NCBI GenBank assembly: GCA_964438135.1
Contig: CAYTJW010000002.1
Coordinates: 1-57,567, forward strand
Reading direction: 5' to 3'
Origin: an uncultured Thermoanaerobaculia bacterium
GTDB lineage: Bacteria > Acidobacteriota > Thermoanaerobaculia > Thermoanaerobaculales > Sulfomarinibacteraceae
DNA length: 57,567 nt
The translations under genes and the position numbers were made by a program. This document shows, piece after piece, positions 9,981-17,489 of the stretch; position 1 is the stretch's first letter, and each line of letters starts with the position of its first letter. The notes beneath the pieces are model-generated. The model did no database searches, was not told where the DNA came from, and saw only the letters and a list, made by a program, of their open reading frames with translations.

Positions 9981-10319
9981 GCAGCATCCTCTCTCTCCCA
10001 TGCAGACCACGCGCGCGGCGAGCGCCCCGGGCTAAGCTTCTTCGAGTTGCAGGGCTGCGGCGTGGAGAGCCATCGGGCTTCACGAACCCCTGAGAACAGG
10101 CGAGACTGACCCAGTTGCGCGACCGATGGTGGTGGTCTTCTGGGTGACCTATGGCCCCAGGGGCCGCTGCTCAGGAACGACGGAGCGCAGACGCGACTCG
10201 CCAAGATGTCTTTGACGTGCCCCTTCGCAGGGGCTGTGGCACCCACTGTCACGAGGAGAATCAGGGGAGGAATCGAGGGACGCTGAGGCGCGTCTGGCAC
10301 GATACGCGCCAGACGCCAT

Positions 10320-11279
10320 GTGCCAGCGATAGAGTCGGTTGCGTTCCTGGAAGGCGGGGTGCGAATGGCCTACGCTCTAGCGAACCTAGGGGACGCTGCA
10401 ATTCGCAACTCGGGTAGCAGCGGGTGCGATGCGGGGGCGGGCTTGCGGTACAGTGGGCTGATGGCCAAGAACTCCCTCACGCCAGAGCAGCGGGCTGTCA
10501 TCCACGCACGCCTGGATGCCCTCGACGAGGAGCTTGCGGCCCCGGTATCTCTGGTTCCGCGGGTCCGGGTGCGGCTCGATGCGCTCGAACTCGAGATCGG
10601 GTACACGGGGCTCCCTCCAGCGGTGCAGGCGGTCGTCTCCCGCGCCGAAGTTGGCTCGTTCCGTTTCCAGCGGGCGGCGGCGAAGCGTGGCTTCACGCCG
10701 CTGCAGTGGGCGTGGGTCGAAGGGGTCGTCCGCCAGCATCGGCCGCAGCGCAGAGTCCGTCTCACGGACTTCACACCGGACGGGCCGCACGGTCTTCGGG
10801 TCGTCGGCGACCTGTCGTTTGGGCACTGCCCATCGCTCGTCGCACTCCCACCGCACCTAGCGGTCGAGGGTTGCCTCGGTCTGACTGGCTGCCCCGCGCT
10901 AGCGGAGCTCCCCGCGCACCTCGTGGTCGGGCGATGGCTCTTCCTTGCGAGCTGCGACGCTCTCACGTCACTTCCGACGGACATCACACTGCGCGGGTGC
11001 ATTTCCGTCGGTGGCTGTCCCTCCCTCACCTCCCTCCCCCGGGGGCTCATGGTCGCGGCGGACTTCTCTCTCTTCCGCGGCACGGGTCTCACGGCACTAC
11101 CTGATCGGCTCACAATCGGGCGAGACCTCACCCTCTGCGACATCCAGACGCCCCTCCTCCTCCCGCAGGACCTTCGGGTCGGCGGGACCGTCTACCTCCA
11201 CCGGTGCGCGTCCGACCTCGTCGCCCAGGCGCAAGCGCTCCAGGTGCGCGGGCGGGTCGGAAGTGTCGTCGTCCGGTGA
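10320..11279 (+). CDS. Repeat protein with seven 21-residue LRR-like units
   Basis: Track ORF of 319 aa. The true start may be ATG 10461 (MAKNSLTPEQ). The C-terminal half is built from units of the form L.V.G.L.L..C..L..LP, for example LAVEGCLGLTGCPALAELPAH and ITLRGCISVGGCPSLTSLPRG. Confidence 0.6.
   Translation: MPAIESVAFLEGGVRMAYALANLGDAAIRNSGSSGCDAGAGLRYSGLMAKNSLTPEQRAVIHARLDALDEELAAPVSLVPRVRVRLDALELEIGYTGLPPAVQAVVSRAEVGSFRFQRAAAKRGFTPLQWAWVEGVVRQHRPQRRVRLTDFTPDGPHGLRVVGDLSFGHCPSLVALPPHLAVEGCLGLTGCPALAELPAHLVVGRWLFLASCDALTSLPTDITLRGCISVGGCPSLTSLPRGLMVAADFSLFRGTGLTALPDRLTIGRDLTLCDIQTPLLLPQDLRVGGTVYLHRCASDLVAQAQALQVRGRVGSVVVR
10794..11234 (+). repeat. Seven tandem 63-bp coding repeats (21-aa LRR-like units) inside the 10320..11279 CDS
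   Basis: The units start at LRVVGDLSF, LAVEGCLGL, LVVGRWLFL, ITLRGCISV, LMVAADFSL, LTIGRDLTL and LRVGGTVYL. Coordinates were derived by counting residues. Confidence 0.6.
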
Positions 11280-11337
11280 CAATCTCCGTTGGCGCCGCGC
11301 CGGCGACGTACGGGCATTCACCCCATTCGGCCCGCGT

Positions 11338-12036
11338 CTAGAAGACGACAGGGACGACGCACGCACGAGCGCAGCACGAGAGGAGCGCGCAGGAGCGGCA
11401 CCGCGGTGCGCGGGCAGTGCAGGTCGCGCGGCCGTGCGCGATGCAACCAACGTGGAGGGAGTAGCGCAGCGCTGGCGGGACGATCGCCTCCAGTGCCGCG
11501 TGGCTCTGCTCGGGCCTCGGGATGGTGATCCACCCGAGGCGGAAGCTGATCCGGTGCACATGCACATCGACGGGCAGCACCCGGAAGCCGAGCGTGTACA
11601 TCATGACGCACTTCGCAGTCTTGCGGGAGACGCCCGGAAGTCTGACGAGGAACTCCTCCGCGTCGCCCTCGGTGCGATCCCGGAGTGGATCGAGCGTCAC
11701 CGATCCAAACGCGGCGCGAATGGCGGCGATAGCCCCACGGATCTGGTGGGATCGCCTCCTCGCGAAACCCGCGGGGGCGAGGAGCGTAGCGAGGTCCTCG
11801 TGCGGTGCGCGGGCGACCGTCTCCCACGACCCGTACCGATCGCGGAGGGTGTCATACGCCGCGATAGCCCGCGACGGGGGCGTCCTCGCTGACAGGAGCA
11901 CGAAGATGAGGTCGTCCACCGGGTCGGTCGGGTTCCCGAGGCGGGGGTCTCCATACACCGCGCGGAGGAGGTCGACCACGGCGGCCACGCGGCGCCGCGC
12001 GGGTGGACGCACCAGCCGGGTGCCCGGCCGCCTCAT
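11338..12036 (-). CDS. Endonuclease III-like HhH-GPD DNA glycosylase with a 4Fe-4S loop
   Basis: Internal ATG at 12036 of track ORF 11338..12288. It carries an HhH motif (LPGVSRKTAKCVMMY), a catalytic-Asp region (LPVDVHVHRI) and a C-x6-C-x2-C-x5-C cluster (CTARAPRCRSCALLSCC). Its ATG overlaps the methyltransferase stop as ATGA at 12033-12036. Confidence 0.8.
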   Translation of the reverse strand: MRRPGTRLVRPPARRRVAAVVDLLRAVYGDPRLGNPTDPVDDLIFVLLSARTPPSRAIAAYDTLRDRYGSWETVARAPHEDLATLLAPAGFARRRSHQIRGAIAAIRAAFGSVTLDPLRDRTEGDAEEFLVRLPGVSRKTAKCVMMYTLGFRVLPVDVHVHRISFRLGWITIPRPEQSHAALEAIVPPALRYSLHVGCIAHGRATCTARAPRCRSCALLSCCARACVVPVVF

Positions 12037-13430
12037 GCGGGGCGGGCGAGCGGGTCCGGTGCAGCTAGGCCGAGGCGCGCAAACGCGCGCTGGCAGCGCG
12101 GGTCCCCGAGTGAGATGGGCGCGAGCGTCCACTCCCCGGTGAGGACCGCTCGCAGCACCCGGCCGTGGAGGTGCGTGAAGGCGGGCGGCACCGCCTCGCC
12201 GATCATGGCACGGACGTTTGTGTGCCCCCAGCGCTCCAGGGCGTTCCCCCAGTCGAACGACGGAGGGAAGGTCTGGAGGAGGGCGCACTCGAGGGGGCTG
12301 AGGACCCGGTTCTCGAACGGGTGGATCGTCGTGTCGCTTCCGACGTGTCCGCTCGCGGTCGTCACGGTAGCGGCGGGAACGTCGGGTCGCATCCGGCGGT
12401 AGCTCGACGAGTGGAAGCCGCGGACGAGGCGGTACTGGCCGTCAGGCTCCCGCACGATCGGGCGCGGGAGGGGTCCTCCGCACGCGGTGCACGCGGCGTT
12501 CTCGCGGGGCTGGTCGGGAGTTCCGCACGTCTGGCACGTGTCGTTCTCCCACGCGGTCTTCCCGGAACCGGGCGGGATGGCGGCGACCATGGGGTAGCGC
12601 CGGTCGCGCCACACCGGGACGGCGTGCAGCCCCCTGAAGCCGTCCGCCGCCGCGCGCTCACTCGAGGACGCGTCGAGTGGCGGCAGGCCCGACGCGGCGA
12701 GGGCCTTCCTGACCGTGACGGGGCGCTCGTCGCCCGCGTCGCCCGCGTGCGTGGGACGCGGGAACGGCGCGCGGTTGCCGGAGAGCAACTTCGCAAGACC
12801 GGGGGTGCCGCGCCGGAGGAAGGTGAGGAACGTTCGGACCCGCGTCTGGGGGACGCCGTAGTCCGCGAGGTCGGCGAGGATGGGGAACGCGCAGTAGTCG
12901 TCCCGCAGCGTGTCGACGAGGATATTCGCTGCGGAGCTGACGCGGCCACTCTCCGGGTCACGGACTTTGCGCGAGAGGAAGGCCGGGACGTTCTCGACCA
13001 CCACGACCTGCGGGCGGAGGGCGGTCGCAACCTGCCCAATGACCCAGACGAGCAGGTTGCGGGCGTCGCGGTTCCCGGCATCGGGGTCGTCCGCCCTGCC
13101 GCGGTTGCTCCGCGCCGTGCTCATGCCCTGGCAGGGCGGGCAGGCGGCGAGGAGGGCGGGTGCACCACCCTGCGCGTGGACGGCATCGACGACACGCGAC
13201 CAGGTCTCGCGCAGGTCGCCCGGGACACCCATGGCACCTGGGTGGTTGAGCAGCGCCACATCGAGGCGGCGCGGGTCCAGCTCGGCGAGGACGTCGAAGG
13301 TGAAGCCCGCCGCGCGGTACCCGAGATCACCCGCGCCGCAGTTCGAGAAGAGGCTCACCGCATGCAGCGCGGGTTCGCCACCCATGCGCGTGGTGCTGCC
13401 AGCTGCGCCGTCAGGCACCGTCCGGGCCAC
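12033..13430 (-). CDS. dcm: DNA (cytosine-5)-methyltransferase
   Basis: Track ORF of 465 aa with motif I LFSNCGAGDLGY, motif IV CPPCQGMS and motif VI VVVENVPAF. GTG 13430 is preceded by GGAGG 5 nt upstream and overlaps the upstream gene by 20 nt. Confidence 0.9.
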   Translation of the reverse strand: MARTVPDGAAGSTTRMGGEPALHAVSLFSNCGAGDLGYRAAGFTFDVLAELDPRRLDVALLNHPGAMGVPGDLRETWSRVVDAVHAQGGAPALLAACPPCQGMSTARSNRGRADDPDAGNRDARNLLVWVIGQVATALRPQVVVVENVPAFLSRKVRDPESGRVSSAANILVDTLRDDYCAFPILADLADYGVPQTRVRTFLTFLRRGTPGLAKLLSGNRAPFPRPTHAGDAGDERPVTVRKALAASGLPPLDASSSERAAADGFRGLHAVPVWRDRRYPMVAAIPPGSGKTAWENDTCQTCGTPDQPRENAACTACGGPLPRPIVREPDGQYRLVRGFHSSSYRRMRPDVPAATVTTASGHVGSDTTIHPFENRVLSPLECALLQTFPPSFDWGNALERWGHTNVRAMIGEAVPPAFTHLHGRVLRAVLTGEWTLAPISLGDPRCQRAFARLGLAAPDPLARPA

Positions 13431-15495
13431 CGCCGACCTCCTGCTGCTTCCGGGCCGACTCGTCCGCGACTTCCAGGAACTGCTGGTGCGCCTGCTTCGC
13501 GCGCAGGAGGAAGTCAGTCCAGCTTACCCTGCGGATCTTCCCGTCGCTCTCGAACTTCTCCCACGCCGTCTTGTTCGCGAGGTCGTTGAGTCTGGTGCCA
13601 TCGGCGACCACGTCGATGCTGTAGCCCAACGGGAACTCCACCTTGAACGACTGGTTCGCCGTGAAGAAGGCGTCGAACGCGTAGACATAGTTGATGAGGC
13701 GCTTGAAGTCTGCATCGTCGAGCGGGTGGCCCGCCTTCTTGATCTCGACGACGTGGAGCCTGTGGCCGACGCTCACGAGGGTGAAGTCGGGGCGTTTCCT
13801 CTCGTAGTCGATGGCGAGGGTGACCACCTCGCCCGTCCGTTGGTACCAGAAGGTCTCGAACGCCTGTTTGAACGTACGCAGGGCCTGGTTGCGCGTCAGG
13901 ACCGACCATGTGGGCTCAATGAGCCACGGGGCCTGGGCGAGGAGCTTCTGGAACTCACCCTCGTCGTGGTCGCTGAAGACGATTGTCTCAAGCTGCTGGA
14001 TCGAGCGCACCCGCTCCGCGGCGATCTGGCTGTAGGACGCCATCTCAGCGACGCGCGTCTTCCCGAAGAGGTCGACGAGCCGCTCGATCGGCTGCCCCTC
14101 CTGGCCCGTCGCGGTGCGGTTGAACTCCTGGAACGCCTCGATGAGCGCCTTGTGGGGCGCGACCGAGAGGATGACCTCCGTGAGGTCATCGACGTACGCG
14201 GCATCGGTCAGCTCGTCCTCCGCCGCGAAGCCCCCGATCTGCACCGCGAGCTGCACAGCCGTCTCGACGACCGCGGCGTCGTGGAACCGCTCCTGGGCCC
14301 GTGCGCGGATCTTCGACCGATCGAGGAACATCCTACTCGTGCGCTCGCGGCGGGGCTTGCGCGACGCGGCTCCGATCTCCTTGATGAGTTCGGCACCCCA
14401 CTTGCGTAACGCTCGGCCGTACTCGGAGTCCCAGAGGATGCCCTGGCGGTCTGTCCGCACGAGGTCCTCGCCGTCGTCCGCGTCGAGCCAGTCAGCCGTG
14501 ACCTGCCCCACGAGGTACGAGCGGAGGGTGAACTCCCCGGTAAACCCGGCGGGCTGCTCAAAGTCCCGAGTTGTCGCGACGATCTTACCCCGCGCGTAAA
14601 TGCGCACGCCCGCCATCTCCTCGTTCTTGTACGCCTCCTTGGCGAGAGCGAGCCAACCGCTTACGGGGAGCTCCCGACCGCCGTCGGTGAGCACCGGGCG
14701 CGTGTCGAGCTGGACGACGGTGCCATCCAGCGTCGGGACGGAGAGCTGGCTTACCGACAGCGGGGGGTTCTCATCGGGGTCGCGCGTGTCCTCGACGACG
14801 ATCCTGAAGTCCGGCTGGGCGAACGCGAACCGCGCCGCGAGCTGCCGGTGGAAGACCTCGGCGTCGGGCACGCGTTTCGTGAGGAAGCGCGAGAGCCGGA
14901 TCGTCGTCCCCGGCGTGGGGCGGAAGGTCTGGTCCTCCGGCCCGGTCTCGAGCGCGATCGGCTCGTCCGTGTCCGAGAGGATCTTCTCGAAGTCCATGAA
15001 GAAGTGCGCGACGGTGTAACCGCGCGGCGTCAGCGGGCCGCCCGCTGAGAGCACCTCGATGAGGCGGCAGATGCCGAACGGCGCGAGCTTGCCGATGCCC
15101 TTGCGGCCCATGACGGGTCTCGACCGTCCGCGGGAGCGGGCACCCTGGTCGTCGTGCTTCCTGCGGTCCCGCCCGACCTGGAGGTAGTGCGCCCGCGCCT
15201 CCTCGGGGGTCATCCCGTGCCCGTCGTCTGTGACCTCGATCGTCCCCTCGCCCCCGGCGGCGCTCGCCGCGACCGACGGGTTCCCGAGGAGCGTCGCGAG
15301 CGGCAGCCGGACCCGGACGTCGGTCGCGTCGGCGTCGTAGCTGTTCGCGATGAGCTCGGCGACGACCGCGGAGACCTTGTCGTAGAGCTTCACCCCGAGC
15401 TTGTCGATCGTGAGCCGGGAGATCCGCATGACGTAGCGCTCGGCATCGCCGGTGGTTCCGGGGGTGACCTGGGCGTCGGTACTGTGACCTGCCAT
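13411..15495 (-). CDS. GHKL (MORC/MutL-type, HATPase_c_3-like) ATPase fused to a C-terminal PD-(D/E)xK nuclease-like module
   Basis: Track ORF of 694 aa. The Bergerat-fold boxes are ELIANSYDAD, TDDGHGM and GRKGIGKLAPFG. The C-terminus has RPDFTLVSVGHRLHVVEIKKAG (D...ExK). GAGGAG lies 5 nt before ATG 15495. It is the first gene of the operon with dcm and the glycosylase. Confidence 0.8.
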   Translation of the reverse strand: MAGHSTDAQVTPGTTGDAERYVMRISRLTIDKLGVKLYDKVSAVVAELIANSYDADATDVRVRLPLATLLGNPSVAASAAGGEGTIEVTDDGHGMTPEEARAHYLQVGRDRRKHDDQGARSRGRSRPVMGRKGIGKLAPFGICRLIEVLSAGGPLTPRGYTVAHFFMDFEKILSDTDEPIALETGPEDQTFRPTPGTTIRLSRFLTKRVPDAEVFHRQLAARFAFAQPDFRIVVEDTRDPDENPPLSVSQLSVPTLDGTVVQLDTRPVLTDGGRELPVSGWLALAKEAYKNEEMAGVRIYARGKIVATTRDFEQPAGFTGEFTLRSYLVGQVTADWLDADDGEDLVRTDRQGILWDSEYGRALRKWGAELIKEIGAASRKPRRERTSRMFLDRSKIRARAQERFHDAAVVETAVQLAVQIGGFAAEDELTDAAYVDDLTEVILSVAPHKALIEAFQEFNRTATGQEGQPIERLVDLFGKTRVAEMASYSQIAAERVRSIQQLETIVFSDHDEGEFQKLLAQAPWLIEPTWSVLTRNQALRTFKQAFETFWYQRTGEVVTLAIDYERKRPDFTLVSVGHRLHVVEIKKAGHPLDDADFKRLINYVYAFDAFFTANQSFKVEFPLGYSIDVVADGTRLNDLANKTAWEKFESDGKIRRVSWTDFLLRAKQAHQQFLEVADESARKQQEVGGGPDGA

Positions 15496-15944
15496 GCGTA
15501 CTCCTCACCCCCGGCGTCGGGTTCGTCGTGGCTGGTGCGGAGTCTCTCCATCGCGGCGTCGAGCGGGGGACCGCTGGAGAGAGTGCTCTCCCCCCTCCAG
15601 ACTCAGCAGAGCACGAGCGGATAGCGCGCGGACCATGGGTGAAGTATAGGCTGGACTGCCCTCGAACGGGCAGCGCTTCCCTGGGCCGCGCGGAAAACGT
15701 TGAGGAGACTCAACATGCGAGTCGTCGCGGTGTGCAGTGGCAGCGCCGCACCTTCCCACGCCACGATGGGACCCCAGCGACGACCCAACTGCATGCGTGC
15801 AGGGGCCGCTCGAGGAGGGCGAACATGGCGATTGCATTCGACGGAAGCCACGAAAGGTACCCCCCGGCTGACTCCCGCGCCGACCAAGCGGGGGTCTTCA
15901 ATGCATGCAAAGGTCGGTGCGCCCCAGGGCTCGGCGATACTGAA

Positions 15945-15976
15945 AGCGGCGAGATGGTTCTAACCATCTCGCCGCT
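15945..15976 (-). terminator. 14-bp perfect hairpin, candidate intrinsic terminator of the leftward ArdC operon
   Basis: AGCGGCGAGATGGT (15945-15958) pairs perfectly with ACCATCTCGCCGCT (15963-15976) around a 4-nt loop. It lies 27 nt past the stop at 16003. On the minus strand it is followed only by TTTCAG, a weak U-tract. Confidence 0.5.
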
Positions 15977-16002
15977 GGGGAAGTGAAGGGGAAGAGCCGG
16001 GC

Positions 16003-16353
16003 TCAGGTCGCCCGGGCACTCTGGTACGCGAACTCAAGGTCGTCGTCGGTGTCGTCGTGGTTGCTCGCGCGACGCTTCGGGACGTAGCGGCCGCGCTCGT
16101 AAGCGAAGTCGAGGTCGTTGTCGTGAACCTCGTCCTCGGGCATCGCGGTGGCTAACTCGTGGGCGCCGTCTTCGTCGACCTCGGACAGCTCGTCGTTCTC
16201 CAGGTCGGCACCCTCCTCGAAGTCGCCGGTGTCGATCGGGATCTCGCCGAGGATGTGGTCGGCGCAGCGTTTGCAGAGGCTGATCTGCCCGTCGCCGTCA
16301 GGGTCGTCGTAGGGCTGCACGTCGATCGTGCAACCACACTCTTCGCAGGTCAC
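16003..16353 (-). CDS. Small acidic zinc-ribbon protein
   Basis: Same frame as track ORF 16003..16464. GTG 16353 is preceded by AAGGAGG. The N-terminus is CEECGC...CKRCADH. The C-terminal half is very acidic and has two DL(D/E)FAY motifs (DLDFAYERG and DLEFAYQSA). Confidence 0.55.
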   Translation of the reverse strand: MTCEECGCTIDVQPYDDPDGDGQISLCKRCADHILGEIPIDTGDFEEGADLENDELSEVDEDGAHELATAMPEDEVHDNDLDFAYERGRYVPKRRASNHDDTDDDLEFAYQSARAT

Positions 16354-16391
16354 CGGAGCCTCCTTTCGATGGGCCAGTTCGGCGGGATTGA

Positions 16392-17189
16392 TCACATGAT
16401 GGTCGGTGGCGCTGCACCGGCCCGCAGGATCGCGTCGGCGGCCTTGAAGACGCGCGCGGCGCACCGCTCGGGGAGCGCCTCGTGTCGTCCGTACCAGTGC
16501 TGGATGTAGCCGCGGGCGTACTCAGCGCCCGGCAGCCCCAGGGTGTCGAGGCAGAGCAGCGCCACCGCCTCGGCCTCGGCCTCAGCGGTTGACCGGCGCA
16601 CGTCGGCGCCGTCCGCGCCGGGCTGGGAGTGCCCGAGCAGGACGTGGCCGATCTCGTGGAACAAGGTCTTCCACGGCGCCTCGGCGATCGGGCTCACCGC
16701 GACGGAGCGGCCGCGCGCGAAGCCCTGCATGTTGCCGTCGGGGTGGTCGAAGGGGATCTCGGTGATGGCGAGCGATGCGAGCGCCCGGGCCCTGTCCCAG
16801 ACGGGCTGCGGGAGCTCCGGCGGGGGCGCGGCCCCTTCGGTCTGGGACAGCACGAACCAGTAGGGCTTCCACAGGTAGAGCGTCCTCGCTGGACGGTCGG
16901 CGGGGTCGCCGTAGCCGTCCGTGGCTCGCTTGTCACGCACGGTGACCGGCATGCAGAGCCAGAGTGCCTTCTGCCCCTTGGTGACCTTCCGCCCGAGTCG
17001 GTTCCACCGCTTGAGGGTGGCGATCGGGCCCGGCGAGATCTTGCGGGCGTGGCACTGGCACAGCGCCGCGAGCTGGTTGCCGAGGCTGTAGCCCGGGAAG
17101 CGGTGGTACGCCTCGAGGAGCAGGCCGGGCTGCTCGACCGCCTCGGCGAGGAGCTGAGCCCAGCGGGGGGACGCGCTGACGGGTTGCAT
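16392..17189 (-). CDS. ardC: ArdC-family antirestriction protein (ssDNA-binding N-domain plus HExxH metalloprotease domain)
   Basis: Track ORF of 265 aa with YHRFPGYSLGNQLAALCQ...LKRWNRLGRKVTKGQKALW and FHEIGHVLLGH. AAGGAGG precedes ATG 17189. Confidence 0.85.
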   Translation of the reverse strand: MQPVSASPRWAQLLAEAVEQPGLLLEAYHRFPGYSLGNQLAALCQCHARKISPGPIATLKRWNRLGRKVTKGQKALWLCMPVTVRDKRATDGYGDPADRPARTLYLWKPYWFVLSQTEGAAPPPELPQPVWDRARALASLAITEIPFDHPDGNMQGFARGRSVAVSPIAEAPWKTLFHEIGHVLLGHSQPGADGADVRRSTAEAEAEAVALLCLDTLGLPGAEYARGYIQHWYGRHEALPERCAARVFKAADAILRAGAAPPTIM

Positions 17190-17219
17190 GGGACCTCCTT
17201 CCTGGCCGGCGTCACGGCG

Positions 17220-17432
17220 TCAGCCGCTCGGGCTGGAGACGACCCACGGGGGCGCCTCGCCCGTGGCGCCGAGGTTCGTGTCGAAGAAGTGGTCGAGGAT
17301 GCGGTTCAGGAGGACCGTCATGGGGACCTTCCGGCTCTGCGCCGAGTTGAGGCGGGTCTTGAGCTGGTAGAGGCGCCGCACGTTGCGGTCCTCGATGAAC
17401 GGTTGGTAGAGGCTGAGTCGCGATCGGCTCAT
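17220..17432 (-). CDS. Small hypothetical protein
   Basis: Track ORF of 70 aa. AAGGAG lies 6 nt before ATG 17432. It sits between the MTase-helicase gene and ardC. No family was recognised. Confidence 0.5.
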   Translation of the reverse strand: MSRSRLSLYQPFIEDRNVRRLYQLKTRLNSAQSRKVPMTVLLNRILDHFFDTNLGATGEAPPWVVSSPSG

Positions 17433-17489
17433 GGGGTCTCCTTTCCGGCCGGGGCCGGACGCGAGGTGTGGGCGCCGGCTGCCGGCGTC

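Noticed and set aside
10290-10316. A 9-bp hairpin (GCGTCTGGC ... GCCAGACGC) upstream of the repeat-protein gene as a regulatory element
   Set aside because: The stem is short for a GC-rich genome, and there is no U-tract or positional logic. It is likely chance.
13411-15495. Reading the GHKL protein as MutL, Hsp90, gyrase B or a histidine kinase
   Set aside because: It has no MutL C-terminal dimerisation or endonuclease motifs, no DHp/HisKA region and no Toprim. Instead it has a PD-(D/E)xK-like tail and is operon-coupled to a C5 methyltransferase.
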